Below are positions 49,116 through 58,569 of a stretch of 58,671 nucleotides of DNA, piece by piece; the stretch's first letter is position 1; each line of letters starts with the position of its first letter. Origin of the DNA: Deltaproteobacteria bacterium (GTDB taxonomy: Bacteria > Desulfobacterota > Desulfobulbia > Desulfobulbales > Desulfurivibrionaceae); assembly GCA_021822005.1 (NCBI GenBank), contig JAJZSH010000002.1:1-58671 (forward strand). The letters run 5' to 3'. The translations under genes and the position numbers were made by a program. Below the pieces are notes generated by a model. That model was not told the origin of the DNA. It ran no database searches and saw only the letters and a program-made list of their open reading frames with translations.

Positions 49116-50756
49116 ATGGAAACACAGAGAATTTTTTTGGCCATCTTTCTTTCGTTGGCCATCTTGCTTGGGTATCAGTATTTTTTTGTCCCCACTCCCC
49201 CTCCGGTCACGGAAAGCACTGTCGCATCCTCCCCCCAAAACGGCAAGGATGAGGAGAAAAGCGTTGCTCAGGCTCCGGCTCCCGTTGCCGCGGCAAGCCT
49301 GTTGGCTGCCCAGCCCGCCGGCGCTGCCAGCAGGCAGGGGCGGGATATCCCGGTAACCACCAGTTTGTACTCGGCGGTGGTGTCGGAAGCAGGCGGCATG
49401 GTGAAGAGTTTTCAGTTGAAGGATTACCGGGAGGCTCTTGCCAAGGATTCCGGCAAGAAAGAGCTTCTTCAGCCAAAGGCCGGCGACAATCTTCCCCTGA
49501 ATTTTTCCTGGGGGATTGAGCCGGACAGCATCCCGCCGGTGGTGTATGAGGCTGCCCCGATACAGGCGGAGCAAGACGGCGGCGCAACGCTGACCATGCG
49601 GGGCAAGTTGCCCTCGGGCCTTGAGATTGTTCGCACCATGCGGTTCCTTGATCAGCAGTATCTTCTGGAGCTGACCATTGATGTTGTCAATCCCACGGCC
49701 GCCCCCCTCCAGGGCGCCCCGTATCTGACCCTTGACAACCGCCCCTTCGCTTCGGAAAACAGTTTTGTCTTCAGCGGGCCCGCCGTATTGCGCGATGGGG
49801 TGCTGGAGGAAATCAAGCCCGCAGACCTGAAAAAGGGGAGCAGAAGCTTTACCGGCAAGATCGGCTGGGCGGCCTACGAGGATAATTATTTTCTCTGCGG
49901 CATTGTGCCGCATACCGGCGAACAGCATACGGCCCATTTTTCCGTGCTGGATGAAAACAGGGTGACCACGGTGCTGGCCGGGGCCAGCGACGTCATCCGG
50001 CCGGGCCAGCGCCAGCAGTACACCTACTCGGTTTACTTCGGGCCGAAGACCATGGGGGATCTCAAATCGGTCGGCCACGAGCTGGAGCGCAGCATCAATT
50101 TCGGCTGGTTTGACGTGATGGCCAAGCCGACCCTGTATCTGCTCAATTTTTTCCATGGATATGTGGGCAACTACGGACTGGCCATCATTCTGGTGACGGT
50201 GCTCATCAAGCTCCTGTTCTGGCCTGTTTCCCAGAAAGGCATGAAGTCCATGAAGACCATGCAGAAGCTGCAGCCCAAGATGGCCAAGCTGCGGGAAAAA
50301 TACAAGGACGACAAGCAGCTGCAGCAGCAGGAAATGATCAAGCTGTACCAGACCTACAAGGTAAATCCGGTGGGCGGCTGTCTGCCCATGGTCATACAGA
50401 TTCCGGTCTTTTTCGCCCTGTACAAGGTGCTGCTTCAGACCATCGAGTTGCGGCACGCGCCTTTTTTCCTTTGGATCACGGATCTGTCCGCGCCGGACCG
50501 GTTGCCTGTCGGCTTTGATCTCCCGTTTATCGGGGGAATCCCGGTGCTGACCCTGTTGATGGGGGCAACCATGTTCCTGCAGCAGAAAATGACTCCGGCC
50601 ACCGGTGATCCCACCCAGCAGAAGATCATGATGTTCATGCCGGTTATCTTTACCTTCATGTTCTTGAATTTTGCTTCAGGGCTGGTTTTGTACTGGTTTG
50701 TAAACAATCTGTTGTCCATTGGTCAGCAGTACCTGGTGAACCGGCATGGAGATTGA
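49116..50756 (+). CDS. yidC: Membrane protein insertase YidC
   Basis: GNYGLAII, GGCLP, WITDLSAPD, GLVLYW. Confidence 0.97.
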   Translation: METQRIFLAIFLSLAILLGYQYFFVPTPPPVTESTVASSPQNGKDEEKSVAQAPAPVAAASLLAAQPAGAASRQGRDIPVTTSLYSAVVSEAGGMVKSFQLKDYREALAKDSGKKELLQPKAGDNLPLNFSWGIEPDSIPPVVYEAAPIQAEQDGGATLTMRGKLPSGLEIVRTMRFLDQQYLLELTIDVVNPTAAPLQGAPYLTLDNRPFASENSFVFSGPAVLRDGVLEEIKPADLKKGSRSFTGKIGWAAYEDNYFLCGIVPHTGEQHTAHFSVLDENRVTTVLAGASDVIRPGQRQQYTYSVYFGPKTMGDLKSVGHELERSINFGWFDVMAKPTLYLLNFFHGYVGNYGLAIILVTVLIKLLFWPVSQKGMKSMKTMQKLQPKMAKLREKYKDDKQLQQQEMIKLYQTYKVNPVGGCLPMVIQIPVFFALYKVLLQTIELRHAPFFLWITDLSAPDRLPVGFDLPFIGGIPVLTLLMGATMFLQQKMTPATGDPTQQKIMMFMPVIFTFMFLNFASGLVLYWFVNNLLSIGQQYLVNRHGD

Positions 50757-50878
50757 GGCCGCTTAAGAAATAAGAGGCTGAACCTAGGTAAAGGCGGCAG
50801 GGGCGAACCCTGGCTGTATCGTTGCAAAGAGAAGACGCCGGGTTGCCGGAGAATGGCCTGAGATGGAGGAATCACACG

Positions 50879-51715
50879 ATGTCTGCCAAGATGGAATATA
50901 AGGGAACGGATGTTGAAGAGGCGATCGGCAATGCCTGCGCCGCTCTCAATGTGGCGCGGGAAGAGCTTGATATCCGCATAATCTCCACCGGTTCTGCCGG
51001 TATTTTCGGGTTGGGTCGGAAAAAGGCGGCGGTGCAGGTGTCTCTCAAAAAAGAGGGCGGGCACGAGCAGGAGCGGCCTGCTTCGGACAAAAAAGCGAGT
51101 ACGCCAAGGGTCAGGCCTGAACGGCCTGCCCCGGACAGGAAACCGGGTGCGCCAAAGACCAGGGCTGAACAGTCTGGTGACAGCGAGGAGCCGGAGGAGG
51201 TGGTGGGAGATCCTGTCACGCCCGAGGAGATGGAAGCGATCCGGGCGGATGTCGCCAGGATTCTGGAACTCATGGGCTGCCCATCGGAAATCAGCATTGA
51301 GCAGGATCAGAACAACAAGGTCCATGCCAAGATCACCGGGGAGTTTGTCGAGATCCTTGTCGGGCCGGAGGGACAGACCCTTGACGGCCTGCAATATGTG
51401 ATGCGCAAGATCATTACCAGAAAATTTCCGCAGAAGGTTCTTTTTTCCCTCGATGCCGCAGGGTTCCGGGAGAACCGGATGGGGGAGCTCCAGGAACGGG
51501 CTCTGCGTCTGGCCCGGGAAGTCAAGGAAACCGGCAAGACCAGAACCATTCCCGCCATCAATCCCGCGGAAAGACGCATGGTGCACATGGCCCTGCAGGA
51601 CGACACCGGGATCAGAAGCCGCAGCGTGGGAGAGGGGTTGTTTAAGAAAGTGCTCATCTATCTGCCAGGAAAAGGGCGGCGGCGTTCTCCGCGAAAAAAG
51701 AAGAGCGGAGAGTAA
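50879..51715 (+). CDS. jag: Jag/EloR (KhpB) RNA-binding protein
   Basis: Jag_N, KH, R3H (ERRMVH); GGAGG RBS. Confidence 0.93.
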   Translation: MSAKMEYKGTDVEEAIGNACAALNVAREELDIRIISTGSAGIFGLGRKKAAVQVSLKKEGGHEQERPASDKKASTPRVRPERPAPDRKPGAPKTRAEQSGDSEEPEEVVGDPVTPEEMEAIRADVARILELMGCPSEISIEQDQNNKVHAKITGEFVEILVGPEGQTLDGLQYVMRKIITRKFPQKVLFSLDAAGFRENRMGELQERALRLAREVKETGKTRTIPAINPAERRMVHMALQDDTGIRSRSVGEGLFKKVLIYLPGKGRRRSPRKKKSGE

Positions 51716-51856
51716 CTGTCCAGCAGCACCACACCTGCTTCGCAGTCTCGCTGCGCTCGCTTAGCTGTCATCGGCCTGCTCATGGGCAATAGCCCACTTC
51801 GCAGGCCTCTTCCGCGCATCTGCAGCAGCAGCGAAGCGGCGCTGCTGAACAGTTAC
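51712..51856. repeat. Family-1 MITE/REP-like element, copy C (145 bp)
   Basis: GTAACTGTCCAGCAGC...GCTGCTGAACAGTTAC. Confidence 0.85.
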
Positions 51857-51988
51857 GGCTTAAATGTTTCAGTCTGTTTTTCGGCTTTAGCTGAATAGTT
51901 ACAGCGGAGAAAAAAGAATCAGGAGTGTGTCCTCGTAAAAAGTCAAAATCCGGCGCCGCCGGATTTCATCAGGCAAGGAACCTATGGT

Positions 51989-53389
51989 ATGCGTGATTTC
52001 CCGGATTTCAACGAGGCGACCATTGCCGCCATGGCGACGCCGCCCGGCGCCGGCGGCATCGGCATCATCCGGGTGAGCGGTCCCCAGTCCCACGCCATCC
52101 TCCAGCAGCTTTTTCAACCGAAAAATCCCCCGCAAAACTTCATAAGCCACAGGCTCTATTTCGGCGCCATTGTCCATCCGAAAACCCGGGCGGTCATTGA
52201 CGAGGTGCTGGCCGTTTACATGCGGGCGCCCCGGACCTACACCAGGGAAGACGTGGTGGAAATCCACGGCCACGGCAGTTATCTGCTGCTGCAGGAAATC
52301 CTTGCCCAGATCGTGACCTTCCCGGCCACCCGTCTGGCAGAGCCCGGGGAATTCACCAAGCGGGCCTTTCTCCATGGCCGGATCGATCTGACCCAGGCGG
52401 AGGCGGTTGCCGAGCTGCTGGGCGCGAAAACAAAAGAGGGCGCCAATCTTGCGGTGAGTCAGCTCCGCGGGGGACTGCATGGGGAGATCTGGAAAATTCG
52501 TGACGCGCTGCTCGCGGTTCGTGCTATCATGGAGGTGGCCATCGATTTCCCCGATGAGGAGGTGGAGATCCTCGACGCCCACGCGCTCACGGCCAGACTG
52601 GCGCGGGAGGTGCAGGAACCCCTGGCCCGATTGCTGGCCAGGGCGGACGGGGGGAAAATCATCAGGGAGGGGGTCTCCGTGGTCATTCTCGGCAGGCCCA
52701 ATGTCGGCAAATCCAGCCTGCTCAACTGCCTTCTTCGGGAAGACCGGGCCATAGTCACGGAACTTCCCGGAACAACCAGGGACACCATTGAGGAGTGCCT
52801 GGACATCAAGGGGGTGCCGGTGCGCATTGTCGATACGGCCGGCATCCGGGAAACCGTTGAAGCTGTGGAAGAAATCGGAATCCGCCGGGCCCGGCAAAAA
52901 CTGGGAGAGGCGGATCTGGTCTTGCTGGTTCTTGACGGGGCAGAAGGGTTGCAGGCCGAAGACCGCGCCCTGTTTGAGGTGGCTGCGGACAAGAAGGTCG
53001 TGGTGGTGGTCAACAAGATCGACAGGACGGCCTCCCTGGACCTTGCCCTGTATGGAGAGATCTTCTCCGGGGCGCCGGTTGTCGCCATTTCCGCCACAAC
53101 CGGCGAGGGCATCCGCAACCTGGAGGATGCGGTGTACGAGGCGGCCACCGGCGGTCAGGGCCTTCAGGAGCCGGGGGTCGCCGCGCCGAATGTGCGGCAT
53201 GCCGCTGCCCTGCAGCGCGCCCTCGCCGCGGTGCAACAGGTTGGCGAGGGGCTGGCCGCGGATCTGCCGCCGGATCTCCTGGCTATTGATCTTCAGGCAG
53301 CCCTGGCTTTTCTTGGGGACATCATCGGGGAAACAACCACCGACGATGTGCTGGATATGATTTTTGCGGAGTTTTGTCTCGGAAAATAG
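51989..53389 (+). CDS. mnmE: tRNA modification GTPase MnmE
   Basis: GRPNVGKSS, GTTRD, DTAG, NKID, FCLGK. Confidence 0.98.
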   Translation: MRDFPDFNEATIAAMATPPGAGGIGIIRVSGPQSHAILQQLFQPKNPPQNFISHRLYFGAIVHPKTRAVIDEVLAVYMRAPRTYTREDVVEIHGHGSYLLLQEILAQIVTFPATRLAEPGEFTKRAFLHGRIDLTQAEAVAELLGAKTKEGANLAVSQLRGGLHGEIWKIRDALLAVRAIMEVAIDFPDEEVEILDAHALTARLAREVQEPLARLLARADGGKIIREGVSVVILGRPNVGKSSLLNCLLREDRAIVTELPGTTRDTIEECLDIKGVPVRIVDTAGIRETVEAVEEIGIRRARQKLGEADLVLLVLDGAEGLQAEDRALFEVAADKKVVVVVNKIDRTASLDLALYGEIFSGAPVVAISATTGEGIRNLEDAVYEAATGGQGLQEPGVAAPNVRHAAALQRALAAVQQVGEGLAADLPPDLLAIDLQAALAFLGDIIGETTTDDVLDMIFAEFCLGK

Positions 53390-53391
53390 CT

Positions 53392-53432
53392 GGCAGTGCG
53401 GGGCGGCAGTGCAACGGCGGCAGTGCAACGGC
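53392..53432 (+). repeat. Short tandem repeat GGCAGTGCAACGGC x3 (first copy degenerate)
   Basis: Read directly. Confidence 0.75.
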
Positions 53433-53444
53433 GAAGGAAAAATC

Positions 53445-54986
53445 ATGGCCTCAGGTAAAAAATACAAAGAGATCGACCTTGACGAACAGATTGAATTCCT
53501 GAAAAAAGTAAGTTTTTTCCATGGGTTTGATGATCAGGAGCTCAAGCAGTTCCTCCAGGTGAGCAAATGGCTCCGGGTTCCCCCCAACACGGCGATTATC
53601 AAGGAAAATACAACCGAACGGGCCTTTTATATTCTGGTCAAGGGCGAAGTCCGGGTGGAAAAACGGTTGCCGGAGAGAGTAAAACCCATTCTGCTCACCA
53701 CCCTTGCCACCGGGGATTGCTTCGGGGAAATGGCCCTGGTCACAGAAATAAAACGGACCGCCGATGTGGTGGCAGACACGGAATCCTTTATTCTGCGGGT
53801 TGAACCCGAGATTGTCAGCACCTCAAATGTTTTTCTGCAGCTGAAATTTTATAAGCGGTTCTGTGAACGGCTGGTCAGCAGGCTGGATCTGGCCAATAAA
53901 AAAGTTGCCGGGCGTGATGGCGAAGAGGCGAATCCTTCCATGTTGCAAAAGGTGCTTTCCGATGGCGGCCCGCCTGAAGCCGAAGAAAAGGTGCGCAAAC
54001 ATCCCGGCAAGCCGGGCCTGGGCATGGAACGGCCCGAGAAGGCAGAAAAAGCCAGAGCAGCCATCGCCATTCCCCCCATGCCCGACAAGGATCACCGGCA
54101 GACACCCGCCAAGCTGTATCATCGGGTGCATCCGGAAGCGGTCCTGCCGGTGAACCCCGCTGTTGCCGCCGAACTGAGCGCCATGATGAAAGGCAGCGCG
54201 GGCATTGACAATACCCGGCGGCTGGCCGATTTGATCTCCCTTGATCCTGTGCTGAGTTGCCGGGTGATCCAGACAGCCAATTCGCCATTCTACAGAAGGG
54301 CCAACATGGTGGGAACAGTCCCCCTCGCCATGGTTATTGTCGGAGTCAAGCAGATCCAGGAGGTGCTGGTCGATACCATCAGGGCGGCCAAATCAGTTCA
54401 GGCCTTCAGCGGTTTTGCCTCGGTCGCCAGGGATTTCTGGCGACATGCGGTGGTGGTCGGCAGAATTGCCGAGATGCTGCGGGATGTAATTCGGATAAAC
54501 ACCTCGGCTGATCTTTATTTATGCGGCCTTTTCCATGATCTGGGCATGCTGGTGCTGGATGGAATGTCGCCGAATTTTTACCCGCAGTGTGTTCGGCCCT
54601 CTGGAGAGATGCGGGATATGGTCAGGGCGGAAAAGGACTATATCGGCGTGGATCATGGCCAGGCTGGTGTCTGGCTTGCCGAAGGCATTGGCCTGCCGCA
54701 ACCCTATCTGGACGTGATGCGCTTCCATCACCTGCCGGAAAAGGCTACGACCAACCCGGTGCCTGTGGCCCTGGTGAATCTGGCGAATATTTTCGCCGCA
54801 ATGAAGGGCGCCTGTCTGGGGCAGCCCCAGGTGACAAGGCAGGATGCCTTGCGTTCTTTTTCCTGGGCGCTGATCGAAGAACACCACCGCCCGTTCCAGG
54901 AGGTCAATGTGCAGCAGTTTGTCAATTCGTTTTCCGCGGAGCTTGACAAGACCTGGGCCGGCATCACCGATGATATCCTGCTGTAG
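53445..54986 (+). CDS. cNMP-binding + HDOD domain protein
   Basis: GDCFGEMAL...RTADV; DPVLSCRVIQTANSPFY, GLFHDLG, FHH. Confidence 0.9.
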   Translation: MASGKKYKEIDLDEQIEFLKKVSFFHGFDDQELKQFLQVSKWLRVPPNTAIIKENTTERAFYILVKGEVRVEKRLPERVKPILLTTLATGDCFGEMALVTEIKRTADVVADTESFILRVEPEIVSTSNVFLQLKFYKRFCERLVSRLDLANKKVAGRDGEEANPSMLQKVLSDGGPPEAEEKVRKHPGKPGLGMERPEKAEKARAAIAIPPMPDKDHRQTPAKLYHRVHPEAVLPVNPAVAAELSAMMKGSAGIDNTRRLADLISLDPVLSCRVIQTANSPFYRRANMVGTVPLAMVIVGVKQIQEVLVDTIRAAKSVQAFSGFASVARDFWRHAVVVGRIAEMLRDVIRINTSADLYLCGLFHDLGMLVLDGMSPNFYPQCVRPSGEMRDMVRAEKDYIGVDHGQAGVWLAEGIGLPQPYLDVMRFHHLPEKATTNPVPVALVNLANIFAAMKGACLGQPQVTRQDALRSFSWALIEEHHRPFQEVNVQQFVNSFSAELDKTWAGITDDILL

Positions 54987-55003
54987 CCGTCGTAATAAAA
55001 TAA

Positions 55004-55711
55004 GGGGCTGTCCTAGATAACTAGCCAATATTATCTTTAACTAGTTGTTTTAGCATCTTTAATTGTTTATCTGGTTTTGGGTTGTTAAATCGCCACTCAC
55101 ACTCTTTCAGATACAGGTGAAAATGGTCCGTGGGAACACCGTTGAATTTCCGTAAATGGCGCTTGGCTTGATTCCAAAAATTTTCAATGCCGTTTATATG
55201 GTTCTTTCTATCAGCGAATAGCTCGCTGTGGTTGATTCGATAGTGCTTGAAGCATGAAATATCTAAGACATTATAGCTGGACAAGCAATCTGTATAAACA
55301 ACACTGTCTGGCGTTATACGCTCTTCCATTATGGGCATAAGAGTTGCGGCTTTGGCATTAGGTATGATCTTCGTGTAAACCTTGCCGCCACGCTTCAACA
55401 GGCCAAAAACTGGAACTTTACCGGCAGCGCCGCGGCCTCTCTTGCCCTTGCGTTTGCCACCAAAATAACTTTCATCGACTTCGATCTCCCCTGAGAAGGG
55501 AGTCTCATCTTCGACGGCTTTGAAAATGAGTTCTCGAAGTCGATGGAAATAATACGAGGCGGTAGACTTGTTAACCCCGACCAAAACCGCAGTTGTACGA
55601 GCTGTTGTCCCAGCAACAAAGTGTTCGATCAGTCGGTCTTGTTTGGTTTTACTCAGTCTACTTTTTCTCATCCGGCCATCCTAAATAATTTTCATTATCT
55701 AGGACAGCCCC
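55004..55711 (-). mobile_element. IS1595 family (IS1016 group) insertion sequence, 708 bp
   Basis: Perfect 17-bp IR GGGGCTGTCCTAGATAA; flanks TAAAATAA/AAAAATAA; AT-rich. Confidence 0.95.
55021..55671 (-). CDS. IS1595-family DDE transposase
   Basis: EVDESYFGG, GKRGRGA, YTD, HINGIENFW, ECEWRFN. Confidence 0.96.
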   Translation of the reverse strand: MRKSRLSKTKQDRLIEHFVAGTTARTTAVLVGVNKSTASYYFHRLRELIFKAVEDETPFSGEIEVDESYFGGKRKGKRGRGAAGKVPVFGLLKRGGKVYTKIIPNAKAATLMPIMEERITPDSVVYTDCLSSYNVLDISCFKHYRINHSELFADRKNHINGIENFWNQAKRHLRKFNGVPTDHFHLYLKECEWRFNNPKPDKQLKMLKQLVKDNIG

Positions 55712-55823
55712 AAAAATAATGTCGTCATCTGAATGAGTAAAACGGCATAAGGAGCCGTAGCAGTGTTAACGGCGACGAAACGCTCAGGAAAGCATAGGTT
55801 GTTTCGTAACGGCTCCTAAGCTC

Positions 55824-55985
55824 TCAGTCGATGGGGGTGAACTGATCCTTGCTGGCTCCGCAGATGGGGCAGGCCCAGTTTTCCGGCAGATCCTCAAAAG
55901 GGGTGCCCTGGGCGATGCCTGAGTCAGGGTCTCCGTCCGCCGGATCATAGATGTAACCACAGACCGAACATTCATAGCGTTTCAT
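55824..55985 (-). CDS. Rubredoxin (absent from ORF track)
   Basis: Hand translation [53 protein letters not shown]; AAGGAG RBS. Confidence 0.97.
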   Translation of the reverse strand: MKRYECSVCGYIYDPADGDPDSGIAQGTPFEDLPENWACPICGASKDQFTPID

Positions 55986-56100
55986 GGCGGGGCTCCTTTT
56001 TCTGTTTTGGCAGGCATGGATGCTGCCTGGCGAAATCTTCCAGGCAAGAGGCTGCCTCCATTATTTATAGGCGCTCCCCTTGGCCAGCGTCAACGATTTT

Positions 56101-56223
56101 CAGGAGCCGTTACGAAAATACCACTGCTTTCCTGAGCGGTTCGTCGCCGTTAACAGCAGCGTCAGCGGCGCTGCTGCCGTTTTGGCCACCCAAATGACGA
56201 ACTTATTTTGTTGCAACGGCTTA
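56101..56223 (-). repeat. Family-2 repeat, complete inverted copy
   Basis: CAGGAGCCGTTACG...TGCAACGGCTTA. Confidence 0.8.
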
Positions 56224-56288
56224 TCGGCAATGGGCCTTGCCCTTCGTTATGAAGCTTGTTTTATGTGGGAGCAGAAAGAGAGGGACAG

Positions 56289-56813
56289 ATGATTGAGAAG
56301 GAAGAGGTGGTTTCCAAAAACGATATCGCCAGGAGGGTCAAAGAGCTTGGCCAGGCCATTACCCGTGATTATTCCGGGCGCCGGTTGGTTATGATCGGCA
56401 TTTTAAACGGGGCCTTCATCTTTCTCGCCGATCTGGTCCGGGAAATCGAGCTGCCCATTGAGGTAGACTTTATCCGGGTGTCGAGTTACGGCTCCTCCAC
56501 CTGCTCCTCCGGCGCCATCCAGTGCACCAAGGATACCGAACTTGATCTGACCGGGAAGGATATCCTGCTGGTGGAGGATATTGTCGATACCGGCAGAACC
56601 ATTGCCTGCCTCAAGGAACTCCTGACGGCCAGAAAGGCCGAATCCGTGAGGATTTGCGCTCTGATCGACAAGAAGGAAAGGCGTGAGGTTGAGGTGGCGG
56701 TGGATTATGCCGGGTTCGTGGTGGCAGAGGGCTTTCTGGTTGGCTATGGCCTTGACCATGCCCAGCAGCACCGCCAGTACCCGGCAATCTACAAGATTGT
56801 CAGCGGCGTGTGA
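56289..56813 (+). CDS. hpt: Hypoxanthine phosphoribosyltransferase
   Basis: VSSYG, VEDIVDTGRT, VGYGLD. Confidence 0.95.
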   Translation: MIEKEEVVSKNDIARRVKELGQAITRDYSGRRLVMIGILNGAFIFLADLVREIELPIEVDFIRVSSYGSSTCSSGAIQCTKDTELDLTGKDILLVEDIVDTGRTIACLKELLTARKAESVRICALIDKKERREVEVAVDYAGFVVAEGFLVGYGLDHAQQHRQYPAIYKIVSGV

Positions 56814-58171
56814 GCCCCGTGCCTTCCCTGCAGGAGAAAGACAAGCGGTTCCTCTGGCATCCGTACACCCAGATGCAGGATTATGCCCAGCGCGACCTGC
56901 TCCTTATCGACAGGGCAGAGGGCGTTCTCCTCTTCGACCATCAGGGGAAAAGCTATTTCGATACCATTTCTTCCTGGTGGTGCATTCTCCATGGGCACAG
57001 CCATCCAACCATAACCGAAAAAATCCGCTTGCAGCTGGCGCGGCTCGATCAGGTGCTGCTGGCCGGCACCAGCCATGAGGCGGCGATTCTCTTGGCGGAG
57101 CAGCTGGTGCGCCTTGCGCCGCCCGAGCTTTCCCGGGTATTTTATTCCGACAATGGCTCCACGGCCTGCGAGGTCGCGATCAAGATGTCGCTCCAGTACT
57201 GGCGGCAGATCGGACAGCCAGACCGCTGCCAGCTGGTGGGGATAGAGCGGGGTTACCATGGCGACACCATCGGCGCCATGAGTCTGGGCGGGGTGCCGGA
57301 ATTCCATGGCCCCTTTGCCCCGCTGCTTTTCCCCTCCCATCGGCTGCCATCCCCTTACTGTTACCGATGCCCGGTCGGCCTGAGACAAGAGGCCTGTGAC
57401 TGCCAGTGTCTGCAGCCGCTTGCGAAACTCCTGGCCGAGCAGGGCGCGCAGATTGCCGCCCTGATCATCGAGCCGCTGATCCAGGCAGCCGGGGGTATGA
57501 TCGTCTATCCCGCGAAGTATCTGCAAAAGCTGGCCGCCTTGACCAGGGCATACGGGGTGCATCTGATTTTTGACGAGGTGGCCACCGGGTTTGGCCGGAC
57601 CGGAACCATGTTTGCCTTGGAGCAGGCCGGGGTTGCGCCTGATTTTCTCTGTTTGTCAAAAGGGCTGACTGCTGGTATGCTGCCCATGGCCGCGACGCTG
57701 ACCAGCGAGGAGGTTTTTCAGGCTTTTTATGCCGATTATGGCGCGGGAAAAACCTTTTTCCACGGCCACACCTTCAGCGGCAATCCCCTTGCGGCCGCGG
57801 CGGCCCTTGGCTCGTTGCAGGTTTTTGCCGAAGAACAGACCATGGCCGGGCTGCCCGCCAAGATCAGCCATCTCCAGGCGCGGATGCTCCGCTTTGCCGG
57901 CCTGCCCTGGGTCGGGGACCTCCGGCAGATCGGGATGATCAGCGCCATGGAGCTGGTGAAGGACAAGCAGACCAGGGCACCCTACGATTTTCACGAACGG
58001 GTCGGCTGGCCGATCTATCTGGCCGGGCTTGAGCAGGGCCTTTTGCTGCGGCCCATTGGCAATGTGATGTATCTCTGGCTGCCGCTTTCCGTGACCCTGG
58101 CCGAGATAGACGAGATCACGGAACGGGCCTGGCAGGTGCTTTCCGATCCGCGGAATATTGCGGGGTGGTAG
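56810..58171 (+). CDS. bioA: Adenosylmethionine-8-amino-7-oxononanoate aminotransferase
   Basis: WHPYTQM, SSWW, YHGDTIG, DEVATGFGRTG, SKGLT, HGHTFSGNP. Confidence 0.95.
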   Translation: MSPVPSLQEKDKRFLWHPYTQMQDYAQRDLLLIDRAEGVLLFDHQGKSYFDTISSWWCILHGHSHPTITEKIRLQLARLDQVLLAGTSHEAAILLAEQLVRLAPPELSRVFYSDNGSTACEVAIKMSLQYWRQIGQPDRCQLVGIERGYHGDTIGAMSLGGVPEFHGPFAPLLFPSHRLPSPYCYRCPVGLRQEACDCQCLQPLAKLLAEQGAQIAALIIEPLIQAAGGMIVYPAKYLQKLAALTRAYGVHLIFDEVATGFGRTGTMFALEQAGVAPDFLCLSKGLTAGMLPMAATLTSEEVFQAFYADYGAGKTFFHGHTFSGNPLAAAAALGSLQVFAEEQTMAGLPAKISHLQARMLRFAGLPWVGDLRQIGMISAMELVKDKQTRAPYDFHERVGWPIYLAGLEQGLLLRPIGNVMYLWLPLSVTLAEIDEITERAWQVLSDPRNIAGW

Positions 58172-58201
58172 GCTGGCTTGTCTGAACAAATATGTGCTTG
58201 T

Positions 58202-58278
58202 GCGCCTGTAGCTCAGCTGGATAGAGCATCGGCCTTCGAAGCCGGGAGTCGGGGGTTCGAATCCCTCCGGGCGCACCA
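58202..58278 (+). tRNA. tRNA-Arg (anticodon TCG)
   Basis: Cloverleaf: GCGCCTG acceptor, TCGGC-CTTCGAA-GCCGG anticodon arm, GGTTCGAATCC, encoded CCA. Confidence 0.95.
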
Positions 58279-58291
58279 TTAAAACAACATG

Positions 58292-58324
58292 AATCCGAAT
58301 AGTTAACGCTACTCGGATTTTTTT
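58292..58324 (+). terminator. Probable terminator after tRNA
   Basis: AATCCGAATAG-loop-CTACTCGGATT followed by T-run. Confidence 0.6.
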
Positions 58325-58476
58325 GTTATCAGGTAAAAAACCTCTTTTTTGATATCTCAGTGTCCCAGGAAAATCCTGACGTTTTAATGTGTTTTTTGTT
58401 ATATTTATTGTTGTCCCGCCTGGGTCCCAATAATTGCCTATTACGGCATGCTCGGAGAGCAATAAACCCTTTTTTT

Positions 58477-58569
58477 GCACATTTAGTGGGGTCAGGGGGT
58501 CTAGTGGGGTCAGCTAGTGGCACCTAGTGCACCTAGTGGGGTCAGTGCACCTAGTGGCCTAGTGGGGTC
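58477..58569. repeat. Scrambled nested repeat array of (GTGCAC)CTAGTGGGGTCAG
   Basis: Seven TAGTG cores with variably truncated flanks. Confidence 0.85.

Larger units (their letters stand above)
54984..55819 (+). repeat. Family-2 repeat interrupted by the IS
   Basis: TAGCCGTCGTAATAAAATAA [IS] TGTCGTCAT...CGTAACGGCTCCTAA aligns to the reverse complement of 56101-56223. Confidence 0.75.

Noticed and set aside
58477-58569. Possible CRISPR array
   Set aside because: Repeats are short and irregular, with no unique spacers and no cas genes
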